Source: an uncultured delta proteobacterium
GTDB taxonomy: Bacteria > Desulfobacterota > Syntrophia > Syntrophales > UBA5619
NCBI GenBank assembly: GCA_963817385.1
Contig: CAWFOM010000005.1
Span: 128,001 to 192,000 of the forward strand
Reading direction: 5' to 3'
Length of the DNA: 64,000 bases
Positions 1 through 9,215 of the stretch are shown piece by piece (within the stretch, counting starts at the first letter, position 1; each line of letters opens with the position of its first letter). The notes beneath the pieces were generated by a model that made no database searches, was not told the DNA's origin, and saw only the letters and a list, made by a program, of their open reading frames with translations. Position numbers and translations under genes: made by a program.

Positions 1-937
1 AAGAGGCACGAACGAGGCGATGATCGGCGAGGTCATCAAGGAGCGGCCCCGGGATTCATACGTGATTTGCACCAAAGCGCACCCGCCCGAAGACCGCAGT
101 ACGGGACTCTACACGAAAGAGGCCACGGAAGAAGACTATCAAAAGAAAATTGATGCCAGCCTGAAAAATCTGGGGCTGGATTACATCGATATTTACCACC
201 ATCACGGGGCCTCTCGCAGGGAATCCGTCATGTACGAGCCGGTCATGAAGGCCCTGGAAAAGGCCAAGAAGGCGGGCAAGATCCGCTTCATCGGGATCTC
301 CACCCACAAGAACGAGCCGGAGGTGATTCATGCCGCAGCCGATTCGAAATTCTACGACGTGATCCTGACCACCTACAATTTCAAACAGAAGCACCAGGCG
401 GAGATACGGGAGGGCATTGCCAAGGCTGCCGCGGCCGGCATGGGGGTGATCGTCATGAAGGCGATGGGGGGAGTGCAGTTGCAGGAGCGGGCGGAAAAAC
501 CCGTGGAGCCCGTCCCCGCTCTAAAATGGGTCCTGCAGGATTCCAATGTCCACACGATCATCGCCGGGTTCACCACCTTCGACCAGATGAACCTCGACCT
601 GTCGGTCATGGAAAATCCGATTCTTACGAACGCCGAGAAGGCCCAATTGCAATGGGCGGCTTTTCAGCCCGGATTGTACTGTCAGGGCTGCGGCCAATGT
701 TTGGGGCAGTGTCCCCAGGAACTCCCCATCCCCGAGTTGATGAGGGCTTACATGTATGTTTACGGCTATCGAAATCTCAGCCATTCCCAGGACCTTTTGC
801 TTTCCCTGAATCTTCCCCTCCGGGTGTGCGGGGACTGCGCCGAATGTCTGGTGAAATGTTCGATCGGCTTCAACGTTTCAAGAAAGATTCGGGATGTGAT
901 CCGTCTCCGGGATGTGCCCGCGGAATTCATTGCCTGA
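1..937 (+). CDS. Aldo/keto reductase with C-terminal Fe-S (Cys-rich) domain; 5' end lies before the window
   Basis: AKR motifs (SLKNLGLDYIDIY, GKIRFIGISTH, GVIVMK) followed by CQGCGQCLGQCP and CGDCAECLVKC; frame is open to the window edge. Confidence 0.85.
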   Translation, partial: RGTNEAMIGEVIKERPRDSYVICTKAHPPEDRSTGLYTKEATEEDYQKKIDASLKNLGLDYIDIYHHHGASRRESVMYEPVMKALEKAKKAGKIRFIGISTHKNEPEVIHAAADSKFYDVILTTYNFKQKHQAEIREGIAKAAAAGMGVIVMKAMGGVQLQERAEKPVEPVPALKWVLQDSNVHTIIAGFTTFDQMNLDLSVMENPILTNAEKAQLQWAAFQPGLYCQGCGQCLGQCPQELPIPELMRAYMYVYGYRNLSHSQDLLLSLNLPLRVCGDCAECLVKCSIGFNVSRKIRDVIRLRDVPAEFIA

Positions 938-963
938 TCGAAAATCAGGGCTTCATAATATTT

Positions 964-991
964 CGTCACCCCGGCGAAAGCCGGGGTCCAG
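964..991. repeat. Palindromic REP-like element, half copy (CGTCACCCCGGCGAAAGCCGGGGTCCAG)
   Basis: Same GTCA-stem-GAAA-stem-TCCAG layout as copies at 22223, 25088 and 38211. Confidence 0.8.
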
Positions 992-1031
992 TGCTGAGGG
1001 TGAGGCTGACGGCGGATAAGGAAGTGAGAGA

Positions 1032-1943
1032 ATGAAAAAATTCAGTGCGGTCCGAAAAGCTTATTTTCTTTTTTCCCTCCTTCTTTTGATCGGCTGGATG
1101 TTGGGGAATGGCGCATCCTTATGGGCCTCAGGCGGAGAGGGGGGAACCTATTCCTTTCCGGAGATGGCCGGATGGAAACAATCCGGTGAAATTCAAATTT
1201 ATTCCCGGGCGAATCTGTATGACTACATTGACGGAGCAGCGGATCTTTATCTGAAGTACGATTTTCAGGAATTGAAGGTGGCCGACTACCAGAATGATCA
1301 AAAAGCTTCCGTAACCATTGAAGTGTACCGCCACAAAACCCCCGTTCACGCATTCGGAATCTACAGCCAGGAACGCCTCAGCAATGCGAACTATCTGGAG
1401 GTCGGGGCGCAGGGGTACAGCGAAAAAGGGGTTCTGAACTTTCTGGCAGGCGACTACTATGTGAAAATGAGCAGCGTCGACGTCGGCCCTGAGGAGCAGG
1501 CGGTATTGCTCGCCTTTGCCAAAAAGGTTGTGGAAAATTTGGGAGGGAAGGGATCGCTGCCCTCCATCCTGTCCTCCTTCCCCCGTGAAGGGGAAAAGAA
1601 AAATTCCGAGAAATTTATCGCCAGGGAATTCCTGGGCTATTCCTTTTTTCATTCCGCCTTTACGGCTGATTACGAACTTTCGGGCAAGAAATTCAAACTC
1701 TTTGTCATCGAGGGGAGTGACCAAAAAGACTGCCGGAATATGATCCAGGAGTACCTTAAGCATACCGGTAATCTTCAAACCAAGGTCGAAGAGGGCCGCT
1801 ACCAACTGAAAGATCCTTACCATGGAGGAATGGATTTTTATTGGAAGGGGAATTATATCTGGGGCGCGTTGGATCTTGCCGACGAAACCCTTCGCTCCAG
1901 GGTCCTAAAACTTTTTGCAGAGGGGTTGGAAAAGAAAAAATAA
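1032..1943 (+). CDS. Exported conserved hypothetical protein (DUF6599-like)
   Basis: Signal-peptide-like N-terminus; NLYDYIDGAADLYL and AFGIYSQER motifs. Confidence 0.7.
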   Translation: MKKFSAVRKAYFLFSLLLLIGWMLGNGASLWASGGEGGTYSFPEMAGWKQSGEIQIYSRANLYDYIDGAADLYLKYDFQELKVADYQNDQKASVTIEVYRHKTPVHAFGIYSQERLSNANYLEVGAQGYSEKGVLNFLAGDYYVKMSSVDVGPEEQAVLLAFAKKVVENLGGKGSLPSILSSFPREGEKKNSEKFIAREFLGYSFFHSAFTADYELSGKKFKLFVIEGSDQKDCRNMIQEYLKHTGNLQTKVEEGRYQLKDPYHGGMDFYWKGNYIWGALDLADETLRSRVLKLFAEGLEKKK

Positions 1944-2005
1944 ACAACGACAAGCGGATTAAAATTAACAATCCTCACGACGCTGCCACGGAGATGGAGA
2001 TCAGA

Positions 2006-2908
2006 ATGAGTGCTGCGCAAGGAAAAACCAGAATCGTGCTGGGCACGGCAACACCAGGTGGTGGCTTTCCTGCCTACGGCTGGCCGTACGCCGAGATCCT
2101 GAACGAGACGGATGCCACACTCGCGATCGAGCCGGTCAACACCAAGGGCAGCAACGAGAATGTCGTATCGCTCGAAGAGGGCAAGCTCGATCTCGGCCTC
2201 GTTACCGGCGAAGTCACATACGAGGCGATCAACGCGGTCGGCCGGCCGAAGGCGAACAACCTGCGCATCATCAACGCCACCTACTCGCAGGCCGGCATCT
2301 TCATGGTGCGCGCCGACAGCCCGTACCGCGCCATCTCCGACTTGAAGGGGAAGTCCATCGCGTGGGGTGCGGCGAGTTCCGGCTTCATCGTGTTGGCGCG
2401 TTATGTGATGGACGGTCTCGGTCTCGATATGAAGAAGGATTTCGAGCCGCACCTGCTCGAAAAAGCAGGGGACGGTCCGCCGATGGTGCTCGACGGGCGC
2501 GCGGCAGCGATGTGGGGTGGCGGCGTGGGCTGGCCGCCGTTCATGGCGATCGCGAAAGGCCCGGCTTACGGCCGCTTCATCGGGCCGAGCGCAGACGAGA
2601 TCAAGCGCATCATGGCGAAGCACTCTTTCCTCAAGCAGACCACGATGCCCGCGGGCAGCTATCCGCGGCAGACGAGGCCGATCAATTCGGTGGGATCATG
2701 GCCGTTCGTGCTCTCTCGCGCTTCGTTGCCGGACGATGTCGCCTATCGCCTCGCGCGCGCCCTGCACAAGGGGCACGCGGCACTGAGCAGGAAAATTGAC
2801 CAGGCGCAGGAATCCACGCTCGCGAACACGCTCGCGGCCGCGCCGACCCGAGCCCTGATACATCCGGGCGTGCTCAAGTACATGCGAGAAATCGGCCTCC
2901 TCAAGTGA
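2006..2908 (+). CDS. TAXI-family TRAP transporter solute-binding protein (orphan, no clear signal peptide)
   Basis: LGTATPGGGF, TKGSNEN, DLKGK, IHPG motifs; ATG at 2006 after a GGAG RBS. Confidence 0.8.
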   Translation: MSAAQGKTRIVLGTATPGGGFPAYGWPYAEILNETDATLAIEPVNTKGSNENVVSLEEGKLDLGLVTGEVTYEAINAVGRPKANNLRIINATYSQAGIFMVRADSPYRAISDLKGKSIAWGAASSGFIVLARYVMDGLGLDMKKDFEPHLLEKAGDGPPMVLDGRAAAMWGGGVGWPPFMAIAKGPAYGRFIGPSADEIKRIMAKHSFLKQTTMPAGSYPRQTRPINSVGSWPFVLSRASLPDDVAYRLARALHKGHAALSRKIDQAQESTLANTLAAAPTRALIHPGVLKYMREIGLLK

Positions 2909-3184
2909 GCCGATCGATTTTATATGACACATCTGAAGGTGTAGCTCCTTCCTCCTGCCATGAAGATTTGCGTTGAATGAAAGGGTTGGTTTTTTCCATG
3001 CTTTTTTCTCTCCTTTTCCGGATAAGTAGCAAAATTCGGCTTTCAAAATCAGAATAGGGAAGAAGTCCTTTTCCGTTGTAGATCGAACCCTCGGTAAAAA
3101 AGGCCAAAAGGATTGAAGGATGCTATTTCATTATTGCGGGAAAATTCTTAATGTCAATAAGCGAAACAAGTAGCCAACATTCCC

Positions 3185-4609
3185 TGTCCCGCCAAAATGA
3201 GAATGTCCTAAATTACCAAAGTAGAAATGTCCTAATGTGAGGCGATAATTATTTCCTCAAGAAGGGGGGGTAATTATGGCCAGAAGGGACATGATCGTCA
3301 TGAGCTTAGAGGAGGTAAGGCGACTGAAGACCGTGCAATCGGCGAAAGAGAAGCACATCACGCAGAAGACAGCTGCCTCGATGATAGGGTTGAGCGAGCG
3401 CCAGGTGCGCAGGATGGTAAAGGCCGTCAGAGAACAAGGAGATAACGGGATTATCCACGCATTACGTGGTCGGCCATCGAACCGGAGATTGCCCGAAGAG
3501 ATGCGAGAGAGGGTGTTGGCTTTTTACCAGGAGCGATACCCTGATTTTGGGCCGACACTTGCCACGGAGAAGCTTTTCGAATGTGACGGCATCAGGATAA
3601 GCGATGAGACGTTGAGGATGTGGTTGATAGAGGCGGGGATCTGGAAGAAGCGACGCAAGCGGTCGGCCTACCGGCAGTGGCGGCGGCGGAGGGAGTGTTT
3701 TGGGGAGATGCTTCAGATGGACGGTTCTCACCATGATTGGCTTGAAGGGCGGGGACCGGAGCTGGTATTGATGGGTTCCATCGATGATGCCACGAACACG
3801 ACCTACGGGCGGTTTCACGATTATGAGGGGACGCTACCGGCGATGGACAGTTTTCAGGGGTATGTGAAGAAGTACGGGCTCCCCATGAGTATTTATGTGG
3901 ACAGGCACACGACGTACAAGTCTTCCAAGAAGCTCACGGAATGGGATGAGATCGAGGGGGTAAAGACGCTGAGTCAGTTTGAGCGGGCGCTTATGGAGCT
4001 TGGGGTGGAGGTGATTCATGCCCAGTCACCACAGGCCAAGGGAAGAATCGAGCGGCTCTTCGGAGTGTTCCAGGACAGACTCGTAAAGGAGATGCGGTTA
4101 CGGAGCATAGCGACAAAAGATCAAGCCAACGAGTTTCTTGAGGAGTATCTCTCCCGGTATAATGAACGGTTCAGGGTGTGTCCGGCGAATGAGACCGATG
4201 TCCATGTACCGCTTCCCCGCTCTATCGATCTGGATAGCTATCTCTGCATCAAGAGGGAACGAACCATCAGGAAAGACAATACCATCGCCCTTGACGGCAG
4301 ATTGTACCAGCTTGAGCAACGGGGCGGTAAGAAGGTGGTTGTGGAGGAGAGACTCGACGGGTCGCTGCGGATGATCAGCAAAGGGGTGTCTCTGAAGTAT
4401 CGAGAGATCACCGAAAGGCCGCAGAAGGAGGTGGTCCCCAAAACGGACACAAGAGTGTTCAACCGGCCGCCAAAACCGGCGAAAGATCATCCCTGGAACA
4501 GGAGCTGGCAAATCCCAAACGCAGTCCCCAGATGAGCGCTTTATGCCTATTGACCTTATAGGACATTTCTATTTTGGGAGGAATAGGACATTTCTACTTT
4601 GGCTTGACA
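3185..4609 (+). mobile_element. Insertion sequence, IS1202/ISNCY-like, 1425 bp, with 15-bp direct repeats
   Basis: Ends TGT...ACA; subterminal AATGTCCTA twice at left and TAGGACATTT twice at right; flanked by GTAGCCAACATTCCC at 3170-3184 and 4610-4624. Confidence 0.92.
3276..4535 (+). CDS. DDE transposase (ISNCY/IS1202 family)
   Basis: HTH N-terminus; GEMLQMDGSHHDW, IDDAT, YVDRH, AQSPQAKGRIERLF motifs. Confidence 0.95.
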   Translation: MARRDMIVMSLEEVRRLKTVQSAKEKHITQKTAASMIGLSERQVRRMVKAVREQGDNGIIHALRGRPSNRRLPEEMRERVLAFYQERYPDFGPTLATEKLFECDGIRISDETLRMWLIEAGIWKKRRKRSAYRQWRRRRECFGEMLQMDGSHHDWLEGRGPELVLMGSIDDATNTTYGRFHDYEGTLPAMDSFQGYVKKYGLPMSIYVDRHTTYKSSKKLTEWDEIEGVKTLSQFERALMELGVEVIHAQSPQAKGRIERLFGVFQDRLVKEMRLRSIATKDQANEFLEEYLSRYNERFRVCPANETDVHVPLPRSIDLDSYLCIKRERTIRKDNTIALDGRLYQLEQRGGKKVVVEERLDGSLRMISKGVSLKYREITERPQKEVVPKTDTRVFNRPPKPAKDHPWNRSWQIPNAVPR

Positions 4610-4624
4610 GTAGCCAACATTCCC

Positions 4625-4653
4625 TTGACTTATAAGTCTGTTCTTTTTATAGT
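4625..4653 (+). promoter_or_regulatory. Putative sigma70 promoter for nfeD-SPFH
   Basis: TTGACT-17 nt-TATAGT immediately after the IS direct repeat. Confidence 0.55.
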
Positions 4654-4715
4654 GCTATCGTCAAAAGGCAATGTTTTATCAATAGTTATTCTCATATTCT
4701 GGCAAGGGGGAACAG

Positions 4716-5180
4716 ATGGACCTTACTTTTTCGCCTTGGCTCGTCTGGTTCTTGGCCGGCATCATCGTCATGCTCACTGAGCTTGCAGTCCCCGGTTTTG
4801 TGATCATCTTTTTTGGATTGGGGTGCTGGGGCGCCTCGGTCGTAGCGGTCTTCTCCCCAAACTCCTATTCAGCGCAAGTAGCCGTCTTTGTAATAGTATC
4901 AGTTGCCTCTCTGATGACGCTCAGGAGGATAGCCATGCGTGTCTTTGTCGGACGCAGCGAAGGTCCGCAGACCGAGGATTTGGGAAATGTTCCCTTGGGT
5001 GTGCGGATAACCCTCGACCAAGATCTGGAAGCTGGGCAAGTAGGGCGGGTACGTTTTCGTGGAACCATGTGGGACGCCGTCTCGGAAGATCGAATCCCTG
5101 CCGGATCTGATGCTGAAATAACAGGTGTGGACAAAGCCAATCGATCGTGCCTCAAGATTAAAGGCGTCGCGCGTGTTTGA
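4716..5180 (+). CDS. NfeD-family membrane protein (short form)
   Basis: TM helices plus OB-fold GRVRFRGTMWDAVS; directly upstream of an SPFH gene. Confidence 0.85.
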   Translation: MDLTFSPWLVWFLAGIIVMLTELAVPGFVIIFFGLGCWGASVVAVFSPNSYSAQVAVFVIVSVASLMTLRRIAMRVFVGRSEGPQTEDLGNVPLGVRITLDQDLEAGQVGRVRFRGTMWDAVSEDRIPAGSDAEITGVDKANRSCLKIKGVARV

Positions 5181-5291
5181 GATAACGCTCTGAAGTGTAG
5201 AGTTCATATGTCTTCTCCCCCATGAGTGGGCACAGCGGCGGGCTCCACCTAAACCTGAATCATGTAACCACAATAAGGAGGATTATTTTTT

Positions 5292-6209
5292 ATGACTACG
5301 ACGCTCGTTGCCTTGATCGCCATCGCCGTATTAGTCTTTGTCGTGCTCTTCAAAGGCGCCCTCATAGTCCCTCAAAAAAGTTCTGTCATAGTTGAGCGCC
5401 TGGGAAAGTTCCATCGCACCCTCGATGCGGGCTTCCATATTCTGATCCCCTTTATGGATCGGCCCGCATACAAATTCAGTCTGAAGGAGGAGGTGATGGA
5501 CATCCCCGCCCAGATTTGCATCACCAAGGACAATGTGAGTGTTGAAGTGGACGGCCTCATCTACCTTGAGGTCCAGGACGCTCACAAGGCAGCCTACGGC
5601 ATCGACAACTATCGCCGGGCGGCCTCGCAGCTGGCACAAACAACCCTGCGCTCGGCCATTGGCAAGATTGACCTCGATAAAACCTTCGAGGAACGCGACA
5701 AGATTAACACGGACGTGATCTACGCCATTGACCAAGCTGCCCTCTCATGGGGCGTGAAAGTGCTTCGCTACGAGATCAAGGACATTACACCGCCCGTATC
5801 AGTGAAAGAGGCTATGGAGGCCCAGATGACGGCTGAGCGCCAGAAGCGGGCCAACATCGCCACGTCCGAAGGTTTGCGGCAGAGCATGATCAATCAGTCC
5901 GAGGGTGAAAAGCAGAAGCAGATCAATGAGGCCCAAGGCAAGGCGGCGCAAGTCACCCTTGTGGCCGAAGCCGATGCAAAACGGATCGAACTGATCGCTA
6001 AGGCGACGGGCGAGGGAATCAGTAAGGTGGCCGCCGCCATTAAGGATGATGGCGGAATCGAAGCGCTCAACATGCGGCTGGCGGAACAGTACATTTTACA
6101 GTTCGGCAACCTAGCTAAAACAACCAACACGATTATCATGCCCAGTAACGTAGCCGACGTTGCCGGTCTCATTGCCACTGCCATGTCCACAGTGAGGGAA
6201 ATCAAATAA
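5292..6209 (+). CDS. SPFH/band-7 (stomatin-like, paraslipin) protein
   Basis: ITKDNVSVEVDG, LAQTTLRSAIG, WGVKVLRYEIKDI motifs. Confidence 0.93.
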   Translation: MTTTLVALIAIAVLVFVVLFKGALIVPQKSSVIVERLGKFHRTLDAGFHILIPFMDRPAYKFSLKEEVMDIPAQICITKDNVSVEVDGLIYLEVQDAHKAAYGIDNYRRAASQLAQTTLRSAIGKIDLDKTFEERDKINTDVIYAIDQAALSWGVKVLRYEIKDITPPVSVKEAMEAQMTAERQKRANIATSEGLRQSMINQSEGEKQKQINEAQGKAAQVTLVAEADAKRIELIAKATGEGISKVAAAIKDDGGIEALNMRLAEQYILQFGNLAKTTNTIIMPSNVADVAGLIATAMSTVREIK

Positions 6210-6332
6210 GATGACCCCATCAATACTATCCCTGTGAGTATATCATGGGGATATGTTTATTGTCCCCTCGTAAAATCAAGGGCGTGGACTTGGATAGACT
6301 ATAAGACGCCGCAATAAAAACAAGGAGGTCCT

Positions 6333-6475
6333 ATGGCAAATCCATTCGTACACGTGGAACTGAGCACCACCGACCTTGGTCAAGCCAAGACGTTTTACGG
6401 GAAACTTTTTGACTGGAAGATGCAAGACATCCCGATGCCGCAAGGTTCTTACACCATGATTGATGTCGGCGAAGT
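6333..6475 (+). pseudogene. Truncated VOC/glyoxalase-family gene (N-terminal part only)
   Basis: MANPFVHVELSTTDLGQAKTFYGKLFDW with good RBS; family similarity is lost after about MIDVGE. Confidence 0.7.
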
Positions 6476-6675
6476 ACGGTTAACATCCTTTCCGTTTTTC
6501 CCTTTTTATGGTAGGAAGAATTTCAACTCCAGTGGAGGAAACGTCCCGATGCAGATGAAGTGACCTGGATGCCTCCGCAGTAAAGTGGCGAATGTGTTGC
6601 CTGTCGGGATATTTTTCATAGATCATCTGCAAGGTTTTTTTGTATGAGCGAGAAAAGAGAAAGGGGGAAGCCGGC

Positions 6676-6996
6676 ATGCCGTTCATCAATCTGTCCGACA
6701 TCGAGGAGCGGGAGATAGTCAAGGGGTTCCGGGCGCGGTTCGTCAATACGGACCATATGACCAGCGCGTACTGGAGTGTCACGGCCGGGGCTACGCTCCC
6801 CGACCACGCCCACCCGCATGAGCAGGTGACGAACATGATCCGCGGCCGGTTCGAGATGACCGTCGACGGTGAAACGCGGACGATCGAGGCAGGGACCGTC
6901 GTCGTCATCCCCTCCGGGGCGAAGCACCGGGGGCGGGCGCTCACGGACTGCTTCATCCTTGACGTCTTTTCTCCCGTCCGCGAGGACTACAAGTAG
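6676..6996 (+). CDS. Cupin-domain protein
   Basis: HAHPHEQ ... IPSGAKH cupin motifs; DVFSPVREDY C-terminus. Confidence 0.88.
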   Translation: MPFINLSDIEEREIVKGFRARFVNTDHMTSAYWSVTAGATLPDHAHPHEQVTNMIRGRFEMTVDGETRTIEAGTVVVIPSGAKHRGRALTDCFILDVFSPVREDYK

Positions 6997-8096
6997 AGGG
7001 CTTCTTTTAACAGTGCCTTGAGGAACGCCACCCCCGTCTCCATTTGGGCGACGGCGATCTGCTCCTGCGGCGAGTGGGCGTTCTCGCCGCCGATGCCGAG
7101 ACCCACACAGGTAAGTCCGCGGGAGTTGAAAATATTGGCGTCCATGCCGCCGCCGGAGGTCCAGAGACGGGGTTCGATTCCCAGAGAACGAGCGGCGCGG
7201 AAGGCATTAGCCACCACCGGGTGCGTCTCGCCGATGGTGAAGGTTGTAAAGGGCTCCTCCCGCCGGATGTCCAGGCGCGCGCCCAAGGCCGCCGCCTCTT
7301 CGGTAAAAGCATCCAGGACCGACTGAACCTCGCGCTCCAATTTTGCCGTATCGATGCTCCGGACCTCGACGGCCACCTCCGCCCGGTCGGGAACGATGTT
7401 CCGGACCGTCCCCCCGCTGATGACCCCGACGTTCGAGGTGGTATGCGCGTCGATGCGGCCGGTACGGAGACGGGCGATGGCCTTGGCTGCCGCGACGATG
7501 GTGTTAATCCCCGCTTCGGGGCAGACCCCCGCATGGGCGGCCTTGCCCTCCAGGACGAAATCAAGATCCACCTTGGAGGGGGCCTGGTTGACGATATTCC
7601 CTACGGGACCGTCGCCGTCGAGGATGTAACCGAAATCGGCCTGCAACTCCGCGGTAAGATAGGTGACGCCGAAGAGCCCCACTTCCTCCTGGACGGTAAA
7701 GACCACCTCGATCGGACCGTGTGGTGTATCGCCGGAGAGCACCTCCGACACTGCCGCCAGGATGATCGCGATCCCCGCCTTGTCGTCCGCCCCGAGGACG
7801 GTCTTGCCGTTGCTGGTGATAACGCCGTCGCGCAGGACCGGGACCATCCCCTCCGTAGGACCGACGGTATCCATGTGTGCGCAGAGCAGGACGGCGGCTC
7901 CGGCTGCGTTGCCCGGCACGCGGACAATGATGTTCCCCGTATCGCTGCCGCTCCGGGGGGCGGAATCGTCCACCTCCGGGGTCAGGCCCATCGCCCGGAG
8001 TCTGTTGACAAGATAAGCGGCCACCGGGGCTTCCCGTCGGGACGGACTGTTCAATGAGGCCAAGGCCAAAAACTCTTCCACAACACTGATCTTCAT
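6987..8096 (-). CDS. M20/M25/M40 metallopeptidase (peptidase T-like)
   Basis: AHMDTV, GADDKAG, QEEVG, GGGMDAN, AHSPQE motifs. Confidence 0.9.
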   Translation of the reverse strand: MKISVVEEFLALASLNSPSRREAPVAAYLVNRLRAMGLTPEVDDSAPRSGSDTGNIIVRVPGNAAGAAVLLCAHMDTVGPTEGMVPVLRDGVITSNGKTVLGADDKAGIAIILAAVSEVLSGDTPHGPIEVVFTVQEEVGLFGVTYLTAELQADFGYILDGDGPVGNIVNQAPSKVDLDFVLEGKAAHAGVCPEAGINTIVAAAKAIARLRTGRIDAHTTSNVGVISGGTVRNIVPDRAEVAVEVRSIDTAKLEREVQSVLDAFTEEAAALGARLDIRREEPFTTFTIGETHPVVANAFRAARSLGIEPRLWTSGGGMDANIFNSRGLTCVGLGIGGENAHSPQEQIAVAQMETGVAFLKALLKEALYL

Positions 8097-8205
8097 CGTT
8101 TCATCCTCTCATCCCAACCGTCCTCATCGCGTCGCATTGTGGCGGCGACGGCTCCGGCCCTGAAAGGGTAAGACATTGCCGGATGGTGGCGCCGGTGCGA
8201 GCAGG

Positions 8206-8871
8206 CTACTTCTTCACTTCAAGCAGTTCGACATTGAACACCAGAGTGGCGTTTGGGGGGATCAGTCCGCCGGCGCCGCGTTCGCCATAGGCGATCTCCG
8301 GCGGGCAGATCAGTCTCGCCTTGCCGCCGGGTTTCATCAACTGCATCCCTTCGGTCCAGCACTTTATGACGCCGTTGAGAGCAAACTCAGCCGGCTGGCC
8401 CCGTTTGTATGAGCTGTCGAACACGACCCCGTTGACGAGAGTGCCTCTGTAATGCACCTTTACCGTATCGCTCGCGGCGGGGCTCGATCCACTCCCCTTC
8501 TTCTGCGCAAGGTAAATCAGCCCGGACGCGGTCTTGACCGCTCCCTTCTCCTTGGCCGCCTTGTCGACGAACACTTTTGCTTCGGCGGCAAGCTTTTCCC
8601 CTTGAGCATTACGCCGTGCATTGGCAAGTGCCTGGGCCTTCTGGTTGTAGGCATCGAGCTCCACAAGCGGTTTCTTCCCTGTCACGGCGTCGGTAATGCC
8701 CTGTTTAACGAATTCCAGTTCCGCGGGAGTAAGGTTGAAGCTGGAGAGTTGTTGGGCCACGACAAGGCCCATGGCATAGAGGGTTTTCTCTTCTTCGGTT
8801 TTGGGGGGATCCGCGGCAAATGCCGGAATGGCAAGCAGGGTGACAAAGGCGGCAATGATGAGTCTCTTCAT
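8206..8871 (-). CDS. FKBP-type peptidyl-prolyl isomerase (FkpA/Mip-like)
   Basis: Signal peptide; VHYRGTL, FDSSY, VIKCWTEG, IPPNATLVF motifs. Confidence 0.93.
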   Translation of the reverse strand: MKRLIIAAFVTLLAIPAFAADPPKTEEEKTLYAMGLVVAQQLSSFNLTPAELEFVKQGITDAVTGKKPLVELDAYNQKAQALANARRNAQGEKLAAEAKVFVDKAAKEKGAVKTASGLIYLAQKKGSGSSPAASDTVKVHYRGTLVNGVVFDSSYKRGQPAEFALNGVIKCWTEGMQLMKPGGKARLICPPEIAYGERGAGGLIPPNATLVFNVELLEVKK

Positions 8872-9029
8872 GGTTAACCTCTCTCTTAAATTTATTCGGT
8901 GATAGCAGCAACGCTTTTGGCGGAGGCGAGTAACCTGATGCCACCGCGGGCCGATACGCTCGATCGCCCTTCCGGACGAAGGAATAAGCGTGTTCCCTCA
9001 GGCCGAGCCGCGTTTGCTTTAGGATTTGA

Positions 9030-9058
9030 AGAATAGGAGAAACGGTTCTCCGAGTCAA
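9030..9058 (-). promoter_or_regulatory. Putative sigma70 promoter for the FKBP gene
   Basis: TTGACT-17 nt-TATTCT on the minus strand; spacer holds the imperfect palindrome GGAGAACCGTTTCTCC. Confidence 0.45.
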
Positions 9059-9215
9059 GGAGATTGTAGCCGAACAGGAGATTGTATCCGAACAGGGTTA
9101 AGGGGAGTAAACAGTTCGTTTTCGCTTGCTTACCTACGGCAGCGCCACCCAGACCTTGGCGATGTTCCCGGCTTCAATCCCCGCTGGCATATTCCTGGAG
9201 AACGTTCATGCCGGT

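Noticed and set aside
2910..3170. Riboswitch or small gene upstream of the IS
   Set aside because: No recognisable riboswitch consensus; the short minus-strand ORFs have no motif.
9059..9096. Possible CRISPR array
   Set aside because: Only two adjacent 18-bp units with no spacer and no cas genes; no repeat-spacer pattern seen anywhere in the window.
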